A stretch of 64,000 nucleotides of DNA from an uncultured delta proteobacterium (GTDB lineage Bacteria; Myxococcota_A; Polyangia; Haliangiales; Haliangiaceae), in contig CAWKDB010000010.1 of the NCBI GenBank assembly GCA_963848295.1, positions 960,001-1,024,000 of the forward strand, written 5' to 3'. Positions 1 through 8,271 of this stretch are shown here, piece by piece. Under the pieces are notes generated by a model. That model searched no databases, was not told the DNA's origin, and saw only the letters and a list, made by a program, of their open reading frames with translations. How positions within the stretch are numbered: position 1 is the first letter of the stretch; each line of letters starts with the position of its first letter. Position numbers and translations under genes: made by a program.

Positions 1-857
1 GGATCGAATCCACCGCCGTAGCTACCGGTGCGCTCGCTGCCGGCCATCGCTTGGACCGGGGTCTCGCGCTGGAACGGCACCACGGCTTCGTGCTCGCCCA
101 TGAACGTCACGGCAAACGAAGCGCGCGCGAACGACTCGCCGGTCTTCGCGCCGCCGTTGCGCAGGCCGGGCAGCGCGATCGCGACGTGATCGGTCGCGTG
201 ATTCTCGAGCAGGTCGACCTGGTCGACCGTGCCGGTGGTCAGATAGGCGACGAGCGCGCGCGTGCCGTCCGGCGAGATCGCGAGGCCGCGCGGTTCGCGA
301 CCGAGCGCCGCGCGCCATTTCTCCGCGCCGGTGGCCGCGTCGTAGGCGACGAGTGCGCGATCCGCGATCGTCGTGACCAGCACGGTCTTGCGATCGGGGC
401 TGAGCGCGACGCCGTAAGGCTCGACCGGGGTCGTGATCGAGCGCTTGATCTCGAGCTTCGCGCCGATGCTGACGACCGCGATCCGATTCGAGACGCGATC
501 CGCCACGTACGCGACTCCCGCGGTCGGGTCGTACGCGAGCAGGCCCGCGTTGCTGCCGATCGCGACCTGCGCGATGTTCTTGCCGTCCTTGTCGGTGCGG
601 ATCAACGCGCCGCTATCCGAGTCGATCACGAGCGCGCCATCGGCGGTCGCGGCGATCCGCGAGCTCGTGAGATACGCCGCAGTTGCCGCTGCGGGCTTCG
701 CGCCGCCGATCGGGCGGCCCTCGAGCTGGAAGGCCGGTGGGCCGAAGTCTTCCCGCATCATTCGCTTGGCCATCGCAGGATGGCTGTCGGCGACGAGGCC
801 GACCGAGGCGAGACCGAGCGGGAGCAACGTGGCGAGCAAGGGGCGACGCATGGGCAT
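1..857 (-). CDS. Secreted YVTN-type beta-propeller protein (3' end runs off window)
   Basis: Not in the ORF track because it is truncated. Manual translation: MPMRRPLLATLLPLGLASVGLVADSHPAMA (signal peptide), then propeller repeats EPYGVALSPDRKTVLVT and EPRGLAISPDGTRALVA. Confidence 0.75.
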   Translation of the reverse strand, partial: MPMRRPLLATLLPLGLASVGLVADSHPAMAKRMMREDFGPPAFQLEGRPIGGAKPAAATAAYLTSSRIAATADGALVIDSDSGALIRTDKDGKNIAQVAIGSNAGLLAYDPTAGVAYVADRVSNRIAVVSIGAKLEIKRSITTPVEPYGVALSPDRKTVLVTTIADRALVAYDAATGAEKWRAALGREPRGLAISPDGTRALVAYLTTGTVDQVDLLENHATDHVAIALPGLRNGGAKTGESFARASFAVTFMGEHEAVVPFQRETPVQAMAGSERTGSYGGGFD

Positions 858-974
858 TTCAGAACGAACGACCGAGCCCCGCGATCTATTTTCCATGCGG
901 TTCAGACACCGAACACTTTTGACGGTTTCGCGGGATTGCTCGATGCGCACACCGATCAGACGCTCGGCGATCGG

Positions 975-3182
975 TCAACGTAGCACCACGGTCGCTTTCG
1001 TTACCTTATCGCCTACTTGCAGCGCATCTGCCGCGCTTTGCCCGGCGACCACCTGCCCCACCCACGTGTACCTACCGTCCAGGTGCGGCGCGTGGGAGTG
1101 CATGATGAACCACTGCGAGCCGCCGCTGTCCTTGCCGGCGTCGGCGATCCCGACCGCGCCCGCGACGAAGCCCGCGCCATCCGCGATCGTCGCAGGCTCG
1201 GCCAGCGTCGTGTAGCCCGGTCCGCCGTAGCCCGAGCCCGTCGGGTCGCCGCCTTGGACGACAAAGTCCGGCACGACACGATGGATCTCGAGGCCGTCGT
1301 AGAACCCTTTGCGGGTCAGCGCGACGATCGACGCGACGTTCCACGGCGCGACGTCCGGAAACAGCGCGATCTCGATCGGGCCGCGTGTTGTCTCGAGGCG
1401 CCAGGTCACGGAGTAGCCGATCACGTCCGCGACGTCGACGGGCGGCGGATCCGCGCGGCCGGGCGCCGCCGGCGCCGGCTGGCCGAGGGCGCGCAGGCAC
1501 GTCGCGCCCGCAGCGGCGAGCACCGGATGGCGATCCAGCGCCGCGGTGCACGCGGCGACGCCGGTGGTGAGCTCGCGTTTGCCGATCTCGGCGAGGTAGC
1601 TCGCGCCGACCTCGGGATCTTCGAGTGTTGTCGCACCTGCGATGATCGCGGCATCGATCGAAGTCTTCAGGGCTGGCGAGCCCACGTCGCTGTCCCTGCC
1701 GATCGCGTCGAGCACAGAGGGTGCGGCGTCGATCGCGGCACCCTCGATGATCGGATCGCGCGAGCCGAGCGCGGCCACGAGCGTCGCGACCAGCGCTTGA
1801 TGATCGGCGGCGTTGCCATCCTTCCACGTGGTCGCGAGCGCTCCGAATCCGGCGCCGCGCACGCGCGCGTCGGCGTTGCCGAGCAGGACGCGGATCGCGT
1901 CGCGCCGGGTCGAGACGTCGCCGGCACCCGACGTGACGAGCTCGGCGAGCAGCGGCAGTCGCAGGTGATCGGGCAAGCGGCCGTGGCCGCAGCTCGCGAG
2001 CTCGGCGACGTTCGGGTGCGCCGCGGCACGAGCGAGCGCGACCGCGGCGAGACACTCGATCCAGCCGCGCGAGATCGGCGCGATCGAGCTCGCCTCCGCC
2101 GCCGCGTGCTGGAGCTCGATCAGCGCGGACGCCACGGCGGGACGCGACGCCGAGCCGGCGAGCGCACGCTCGGTCTCGATCACGACGTGGGCCGCGAGCT
2201 CGTCGCCGTTAGCGAGCGCGATCCACCGCGCCGGCAGCGCCGCGGCGACGAGATCGCGCCCGGCATCGTCGCCGCGCTCGCCTGCGAGCGCTCGGACCGC
2301 CTCGACCGCGACGCGCCAATCGCGATCTGCGAGCGCGGCGCCGAGTGGCGTTCGATACAGCTCGGGGATCGATTTGCGCACGCCCGCGTGCTTGGCGAGC
2401 CCGGCGATCGCGGTCGCGCGGATCTCGGGATCGCCGTCGCCGATCCGCGCCGCAAGCGCCGCTTCGACCGAGCCCGGCGCCGGATCCGCATCCTTGGCGA
2501 CGACCTCGCGGGCGAGCGCGTAGGTCGCGCCGTAGCGCACGTCGCGATCAGCCGCGGCCGATGCTTCGACGAGGAGTGCCCGCGGCGCGGGCTCGAGCGC
2601 GATGTCGCGGCGGCCGAGCCGGCCGAGTGCGAGCCCCCATGCCGCGCGAATCGACGCCGGCAGCGCCTGCATCGATCCGTAATGGTCGAGCACGCTCTGC
2701 ACGTCTCCCGTGCCCGCCCTGCCGGCCGCCTCGAACGCGACGAGCGCGTCGAGCTCGAGCTCGCGAGGGTCGACCGGCTTAGGCGTCATCTCGCCGCGAT
2801 CGATCGGATAGTCGAGATGCACCGCGGCGGCGGCGTTCAACTCCCATGTCGCGTCGGGGTCGCCGAGCGCCCCCGCGATTCCGATCGCGCCGGTCACCGC
2901 GCTCGCCGCCGATCCCGCGCTCCGGGCTCGATCGAGCGCCGCGAGCGCTCGAGCGCCGCCGCTCCGGCCGAGCCCTCGCGCCGCGAGCTCCCGTGCGTGA
3001 GGATCGCCATGGTCGAGCAACTCGACCAAGTCGGCGACGCCCGCCTCGCGCTCGACCTCGGCTCGTGCGACTTCGATGCGCAGCGCGCGATCGTCGACCG
3101 GGCGGATCAGCTCGGGCTTCGGCCTGGTGGCTGGACACGCGATGCACATCGCAGTTGCGATCAATGCGCTCGTCCGGACCAT
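975..3182 (-). CDS. HEAT-repeat lipoprotein fused to C-terminal cyclophilin-type peptidyl-prolyl isomerase
   Basis: Cyclophilin motifs FYDGLEIHRVVPDFVVQGGDPTGSGYGGPGY and GSQWFIMHSHAPHLDGRYTWVGQV; HEAT-like repeats (DPEIRATAIAGL, DWRVAVEAVRAL); N-terminal Cys. Confidence 0.9.
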   Translation of the reverse strand: MVRTSALIATAMCIACPATRPKPELIRPVDDRALRIEVARAEVEREAGVADLVELLDHGDPHARELAARGLGRSGGARALAALDRARSAGSAASAVTGAIGIAGALGDPDATWELNAAAAVHLDYPIDRGEMTPKPVDPRELELDALVAFEAAGRAGTGDVQSVLDHYGSMQALPASIRAAWGLALGRLGRRDIALEPAPRALLVEASAAADRDVRYGATYALAREVVAKDADPAPGSVEAALAARIGDGDPEIRATAIAGLAKHAGVRKSIPELYRTPLGAALADRDWRVAVEAVRALAGERGDDAGRDLVAAALPARWIALANGDELAAHVVIETERALAGSASRPAVASALIELQHAAAEASSIAPISRGWIECLAAVALARAAAHPNVAELASCGHGRLPDHLRLPLLAELVTSGAGDVSTRRDAIRVLLGNADARVRGAGFGALATTWKDGNAADHQALVATLVAALGSRDPIIEGAAIDAAPSVLDAIGRDSDVGSPALKTSIDAAIIAGATTLEDPEVGASYLAEIGKRELTTGVAACTAALDRHPVLAAAGATCLRALGQPAPAAPGRADPPPVDVADVIGYSVTWRLETTRGPIEIALFPDVAPWNVASIVALTRKGFYDGLEIHRVVPDFVVQGGDPTGSGYGGPGYTTLAEPATIADGAGFVAGAVGIADAGKDSGGSQWFIMHSHAPHLDGRYTWVGQVVAGQSAADALQVGDKVTKATVVLR

Positions 3183-3242
3183 CGCGCGATCCTACCTCGG
3201 CCGGGCATCGACCTAACGGCGACGACGTGACATCGTGTAGCG

Positions 3243-4793
3243 ATGCGCTCGTCGTTCGTCGTCGCGATCTGTCTGTGCTTCGCATGCTCGTCGAAGAAGT
3301 CTGCGGATGATCACGCCGCGGCGACCGGCGCACCGCCGATCGCGCCGGCGAAGCCAGTCGTGAAACAGCCGGTGCCGAAAACGCCGTTGCCTCCGCTCTC
3401 CGCGGACCCGGGTGGCGCGACCGGCAAGCCGGTGTGGACCACGGGGTTCGGCGGGCTCGGCATCGACGCGCCGCGCGGCATCGCGGTCGACGATGCGGGC
3501 AACTCGTACGTCGCCGGCTACTTCGAGGGATCGATCGACTTTGGCGGCGCGATCGGCAAGCGCACGTCGGCCGGCGGCTCCGATGCGTTCGTCGTCAAGC
3601 TCGATGCCAGCGGCAAGGTCGCCTGGGCTCAGACGTTCGGCGCCAAGCGCGACGACGCCGCGAACGCGATCGCGGTGCACGGCGACACCGTCGTCGTCGT
3701 CGGCAACTTTCTCGACGAGCTCAAGCTCGGCGACTTCGATAAGAAGGCGCGCTCCGGCTCCGGGTCGGGCGATCAAGCGAACATCGCGGAAGGCTCGGAC
3801 GATGTGTTCGTCGCAGCGTTCGGCACCGACGGCGCGCCGAAATGGTTGTGGACCCTCGGCGGCATCGACTCCGATGGTGCGAACGCAGTCGCATCGTCGC
3901 CCGATGGCGGCTGGGTGATCGGTGGCTCGTTCCGCGACAGCATCGTCGACACTGGCATCGCGCTCAAGGCGCGCGGCGGCACCGATGCGCTGCTCGCCAA
4001 GCTCGCGCCGAGCGGCGACCTCGAGTGGATCAAACAATTCGGCGGCACCGGCGACGACCAGATCTCCCACGTCGCGGTCGATGCTCAAGGCTCGATCTAC
4101 ATCCAGGGCGTGTTCAAGGACATCGCCGACTTCGGGGGCAAACCGCTCAAGGCGGCGAACGGCTCCGACACCGACGTCGTGCTCGCGAAGTACGACGTCA
4201 ACGGCGATCACGTGTGGTCGCAGCGCTTCGGCAACCCGTTCAACGACGTCGCCGGCGGCGTCGCCGTCGATCCGTCGGGCCACGTCACGATGGTCGGCTC
4301 GTTCGAGCGCAACGGCGGGCCGGTGTCGTTCGGCCCCGGAGATTCGCACGACTCGGCCGGCGAATCCGACATCTTCGTCGCGCACTTCACGACCGACGGC
4401 AAGCTCGAGTGGGCGCACACGTTCGGCTCTGATCGCGAAGACATCGGCTGGGGCGTCGCGGCCGACTCGTCGGGCAACATCGTGATGACCGGCTGGTTCC
4501 AGCGCACCGTCGATTTCGGCAAGGGCCCGATCGAGAGCAAAGGCAACAAGGACGTGTTCGCGCTCAAGCTCGATCCGAAGGGCGCGATCGTGTGGGTCGA
4601 CACGTGGGGCGACCACGACCACGATCAAGGCCGCGCCGTCGCGATCGACAAGACCGGCGCCGCGTACGTCACCGGGATCTACCGGTTCAAGCTCGCGCTC
4701 GTCGATCCGCCGCTCGAGTCGCATCGGCCGGCGTCCGGGGTCGAGGCGATGGCGCCCAAGCCCGATGCGTTCGTCGTCAAGCTCGCGCGCTGA
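3243..4793 (+). CDS. Lipoprotein with beta-propeller (SBBP-like) repeats
   Basis: Lipobox-like LCFAC; repeated units GIAVDxxGNxYVxGxF...DxFVxKLDxxGxxxWxxxFG. Confidence 0.85.
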   Translation: MRSSFVVAICLCFACSSKKSADDHAAATGAPPIAPAKPVVKQPVPKTPLPPLSADPGGATGKPVWTTGFGGLGIDAPRGIAVDDAGNSYVAGYFEGSIDFGGAIGKRTSAGGSDAFVVKLDASGKVAWAQTFGAKRDDAANAIAVHGDTVVVVGNFLDELKLGDFDKKARSGSGSGDQANIAEGSDDVFVAAFGTDGAPKWLWTLGGIDSDGANAVASSPDGGWVIGGSFRDSIVDTGIALKARGGTDALLAKLAPSGDLEWIKQFGGTGDDQISHVAVDAQGSIYIQGVFKDIADFGGKPLKAANGSDTDVVLAKYDVNGDHVWSQRFGNPFNDVAGGVAVDPSGHVTMVGSFERNGGPVSFGPGDSHDSAGESDIFVAHFTTDGKLEWAHTFGSDREDIGWGVAADSSGNIVMTGWFQRTVDFGKGPIESKGNKDVFALKLDPKGAIVWVDTWGDHDHDQGRAVAIDKTGAAYVTGIYRFKLALVDPPLESHRPASGVEAMAPKPDAFVVKLAR

Positions 4794-4901
4794 TCTCGTG
4801 ACAAAACGCCCGTAGCGGCGAAATAGCCGCATTCCCCACTTTTCATCGGTGGCGCGCGGTGCCAAAAGAAATGCGCTTCCACCTCATTTAGGAGATTTCA
4901 G

Positions 4902-5123
4902 ATGGCCAAAGCGAAAAAGGGTAAGGCGGCCGCGGGCCCCACGGAGATGCTACTCGTTGCCTCGAAGGTCAAGGCGGTGCTCAAGAGCGCCGGCTGTAAC
5001 ACCGCGGGCGACGCGCTCGACGGGCTGAACGGCTATGTCGGCTGGCTCGTGATGCAGGCCGCCAAGCGCGCCCACGAGAACGGCCGCAAGACCGTCCGCG
5101 CGCACGACTTCATGATCATGTAG
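4902..5123 (+). CDS. Bacterial histone-fold protein (single fold) with Lys/Ala-rich N-terminal tail
   Basis: LLVASKVKAVLK...GDALDGLN...AAKRAHENGRKTVRAHDF carries the histone L2/alpha3 signature RKTV-x-x-x-D; AGGAG Shine-Dalgarno at about 4890; terminator downstream. Confidence 0.9.
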   Translation: MAKAKKGKAAAGPTEMLLVASKVKAVLKSAGCNTAGDALDGLNGYVGWLVMQAAKRAHENGRKTVRAHDFMIM

Positions 5124-5158
5124 CTCGGGTCGCCGGGTTCCTGCCGATTCTGCGACGT

Positions 5159-5191
5159 AGACGGGCGCCTTCCGGGCGCCTGTTTTCGTTT
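5159..5191 (+). terminator. Intrinsic terminator after the histone gene
   Basis: Stem AGACGGGCGCC / GGCGCCTGTTT with a short loop, followed by a T-rich tract (TTTTCGTTT). Confidence 0.7.
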
Positions 5192-5210
5192 GGGGTTAAG
5201 ATTGTCAGAG

Positions 5211-7526
5211 GTGACGGCTGGGGTACCTATCTACCTGGTCTCGGCCTGCTCCTCTGCCGAGGAGTTTGTCGCGGCGTTTAGGCGTTACGCCGATCGCACC
5301 GGCGTGTTCGTTCCGATGGCGCAACCGCTGCCCGCGGGCAAGCGCGGGACGATCGCGCTGACCCTGATCGACGGTGGCGTGATGATCGACGGCGAGGCGG
5401 AGATCATCGCGTCCTCACCCAAGCCGTCGCCGCTGCACGGCCGACCCGGCATGACGGTGCGGTTTCTCGAGCCCGACGACGCGAGCAAAGCCACGCTCGG
5501 AGAGCTCGAGAAGTCGCGGCTCGCGATGCGCCCTGGTCCGCCGAACGCGACCGCGCGCCCCGCCGCGATCCCTTCTGGGCCGCGCCCGACCCCGCCCGCG
5601 CCGGCCGGACGAATCGACGCCGCGAACGCGCTCGCCGAATGCGTCGCGATCGGCGATGTCTCGACGCTGCGCGACATCGCCGACCCATCGGCTGCGGCGA
5701 AAGCAAAGTTCGTCGTCCCGTCGATCCCCGTGATGGGCGGCCGGACCAGGCCGCAGAGCACGGCGCCGCCGATCTCGACGTCGCGAACCGCGACGACGCT
5801 CGGCGTCGGGCCGTTGCAGAAGCCGCCCGAGGAGCCCGCCGTCGTCGTCGCCACCGCGACCCGCGATGACGCGACCCAGCCGATCGTGAGTCGTGGCGCA
5901 ACGCTATCCGAGCTCGTGACGACCGCGCGAGGCACCGGGCCCGAGCCCGCCGGACCGGCCGTTCGCCGCGCGACCGCCGAGGTACCGCGTCGGCCGACGC
6001 CACCCGCGCCGTTACCCGTGCCCCGCCCGCCTGCGCCGATCGCGTCGCCGATCGATACCGTCGAGGTCGACCTCGGCGAGCAAACCGATATGTCGCCGAT
6101 TCCCGACGCGGACCGCGGAGAGACCCGGACCGCGGTCGGCCCACCGCCGGTAGCGATCGACCCGCAAGTCGATCCGGAAGACGCTCCCACCGCGTCCCGG
6201 CCCGTGATCGATCCGGCCGATCCGAAAGTCGCCGAGCCATCGGTCGTGGTCGACATCTCCGCATCGCCATCCGGCGGCGCCGTCGGGCACGCCGAGCCTG
6301 CGATGCGCGCGTCCGAGATCATGGCGGCGATCCCGCACGGTGACTGGACGATGACGCCGGGCGACGTCGCGCCGACCGTGCTGCCACCGCCGGCGCCGCC
6401 TTCCGACAACTGGACGATGACGCGCGACGAAGGCGCACCGACGGGATGGTCGGCGGCGAGCCCGGTCGCTGCGCCGCCGCCGCCCCAACCGCCACCGATG
6501 CCAGCGCCGCGGCCGCCGATCGTGCCGGCGGCGCCGAAGACCGGAAATCCCGTGATGGCCGTCGCGAGCACGGAGCCGTTGTTCACCGACGGCAGCGAGG
6601 ACAAACCGACCATCGTCGAGCCGAAGATCGAGATCGATCCGACGTTGATGGAGCCGCTGCGCGAGATGCCGCCCGAGGACGACGCAGCCGCGCAGTTCGC
6701 GGTGCCACCGGTGCACGCGGCGCTCGGGTCGTTGCCAGCGCCGGCGATTCCCACGCCGCTACCGGGGATGATGACTGCCCCTCCGCCGGTCCCGCTGGAC
6801 GGTTACGCCCAGCCGATGGTGGCGACGCCCGGAGCGGCTTATCGCGACGATCGCGCGTCGTACCCCGGGCTCGACGCGATCGCCCCGCGGCACCGTCGGC
6901 GCGGGCTCGTGATCGCGCTCAGCGCCGCGTCCGCCGTGACGATCGGCGCGATCGCGGTGATCGCCGCGACGCGCGGCGGCGCGGCGACGAAGTCGAAGCC
7001 GATCGACGCTGCGGTGACGAGCCCGCCGATCGATGCCGCCCAGGTCGCGGTGGTCGTGGCGAAGGCGGACGCGGCGGTCGCGCCTCCGCCGACGGTGTGC
7101 AAGGTGATCATCGACACGACGCCGACCGACGCCGAGGTCGGCATCGATGGCGGTGCCGCGCTCGGCAAGTCGCCGGGGACGTTCGAGCTACCGTGCGGCG
7201 CCGAGGTCAAGCTGTCGATCAAGAAGGCGCGCTACTACGCGGCGACGAAAGCCGTGATGCCGACCTCGACGGGTGCGAAGGTCTCGGTCAGGCTCGCGCG
7301 CGCGACGTTCACGATCAGGGTGAGCTCGACGCCACCAGGCGCGACGATCACGGTCGGAGGACGGACGCTCGGGATCACGCCGACGATGATCAGGCTGCCG
7401 GCGTTCGAAGCCGCGGCGATCACACTGTCGAAGCCGGGCTACACCGCCGAGTCGGCGAGGTTCACGCCGAAAGCGAACAACGTCGCCTACCGCGTGACGC
7501 TCAGGCGGGTGCCTATGCTCCGCTGA
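5211..7526 (+). CDS. Membrane protein: N-terminal PilZ-like domain, long Pro-rich linker, TM helix, two PEGA-like domains
   Basis: N-terminus EFVAAFRRYADRTGVFVP...GMTVRF resembles myxobacterial PilZ-like domains; TM LVIALSAASAVTIGAIAVIAA; PEGA-like IDTTPTDAEV and VSSTPPGATITV. GTG start at 5211 chosen because TAAGAT lies upstream (ORF track starts at 5190). Confidence 0.7.
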   Translation: MTAGVPIYLVSACSSAEEFVAAFRRYADRTGVFVPMAQPLPAGKRGTIALTLIDGGVMIDGEAEIIASSPKPSPLHGRPGMTVRFLEPDDASKATLGELEKSRLAMRPGPPNATARPAAIPSGPRPTPPAPAGRIDAANALAECVAIGDVSTLRDIADPSAAAKAKFVVPSIPVMGGRTRPQSTAPPISTSRTATTLGVGPLQKPPEEPAVVVATATRDDATQPIVSRGATLSELVTTARGTGPEPAGPAVRRATAEVPRRPTPPAPLPVPRPPAPIASPIDTVEVDLGEQTDMSPIPDADRGETRTAVGPPPVAIDPQVDPEDAPTASRPVIDPADPKVAEPSVVVDISASPSGGAVGHAEPAMRASEIMAAIPHGDWTMTPGDVAPTVLPPPAPPSDNWTMTRDEGAPTGWSAASPVAAPPPPQPPPMPAPRPPIVPAAPKTGNPVMAVASTEPLFTDGSEDKPTIVEPKIEIDPTLMEPLREMPPEDDAAAQFAVPPVHAALGSLPAPAIPTPLPGMMTAPPPVPLDGYAQPMVATPGAAYRDDRASYPGLDAIAPRHRRRGLVIALSAASAVTIGAIAVIAATRGGAATKSKPIDAAVTSPPIDAAQVAVVVAKADAAVAPPPTVCKVIIDTTPTDAEVGIDGGAALGKSPGTFELPCGAEVKLSIKKARYYAATKAVMPTSTGAKVSVRLARATFTIRVSSTPPGATITVGGRTLGITPTMIRLPAFEAAAITLSKPGYTAESARFTPKANNVAYRVTLRRVPMLR

Positions 7527-8253
7527 GCTCGAGATCGGCGACCTGCGCGCGCACCGCGGACATGAACCGCGCACCCGGATCCGGCTTGACGTTGCGATAC
7601 GTCGGATCGCGCTCGAGGTAGTACGGGTTCGCCCGGAACTTCATGACCTCGTAGTGGCCCAACAGGTGTGTGATCGGGTAGCGGTGCGCGAGATCGCGAA
7701 CGAGCGCGGCATCGGCGGCGACCTGTGCGGCGGTGAGCGGATACTTCGCTTCGTCCCCGACGTTCTCGATCCCGATCGCGATGTGGTTGAGCCCGATGCA
7801 GTGGCGGGCGTAGCGCGTCTCCGGCTGCAACCGGTAGATCGTACCGTCGCGATCGACGAGGAAGTGCGACGACACGTTCACCGCGCCCGCCCGCGCGAGC
7901 TGGCCGCGCGCCGCTTCGATCCGGGGATTGTCGAAGTACGCGCGGGTCGCCCTCGCGGATCCACCGTCGGTGTAGTGCAACACGATCACGCGTGGCGCGA
8001 TCACGAGGTCGCGCGCGTCGGGATCGCTGTGGGCTCGGCGATAGTCGAGCGTGAGTCGCTCGCGTTCGGGCGACCAGGCGATGGGCGCGTCGATGATCAC
8101 CGGCGCTGCCGCGGGTGCGGGCACGGCCACGGGCGCTGCCGCGGGTGCGGGCACGGGCACGGGCGCCGTCACGGGCGCGGGCGCCGTCACGGGTGCGACC
8201 GCAGCGGTGGGCCGAGAACAGCCGACGAGCACGACGAGCGCGAGCGAACGCAC
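7513..8253 (-). CDS. N-acetylmuramoyl-L-alanine amidase (Amidase_2) lipoprotein
   Basis: VIVLHYT, VSSHFLVDRDGTIYRL, ARHCIGLNHIAIGIENVG, LLGHYE, DPG; lipobox VLVGC. Confidence 0.9.
   Translation of the reverse strand: MRSLALVVLVGCSRPTAAVAPVTAPAPVTAPVPVPAPAAAPVAVPAPAAAPVIIDAPIAWSPERERLTLDYRRAHSDPDARDLVIAPRVIVLHYTDGGSARATRAYFDNPRIEAARGQLARAGAVNVSSHFLVDRDGTIYRLQPETRYARHCIGLNHIAIGIENVGDEAKYPLTAAQVAADAALVRDLAHRYPITHLLGHYEVMKFRANPYYLERDPTYRNVKPDPGARFMSAVRAQVADLELSGA
8102..8197. repeat. Intragenic tandem repeats (2x30 bp, then 2x18 bp) encoding a Pro/Ala linker
   Basis: GGCGCTGCCGCGGGTGCGGGCACGG(C/G)CACG twice, then GGCGCCGTCACGGG(C/T)GCG twice. Confidence 0.75.
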
Positions 8254-8271
8254 CTCCGGGTGTTAGCAGCG

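Noticed and set aside
4850..4870. TGGCGCGCGGTGCCA as a sigma54 promoter for the histone gene
   Set aside because: GG-N10-GC spacing is not met on either strand; it is only a short imperfect dyad.
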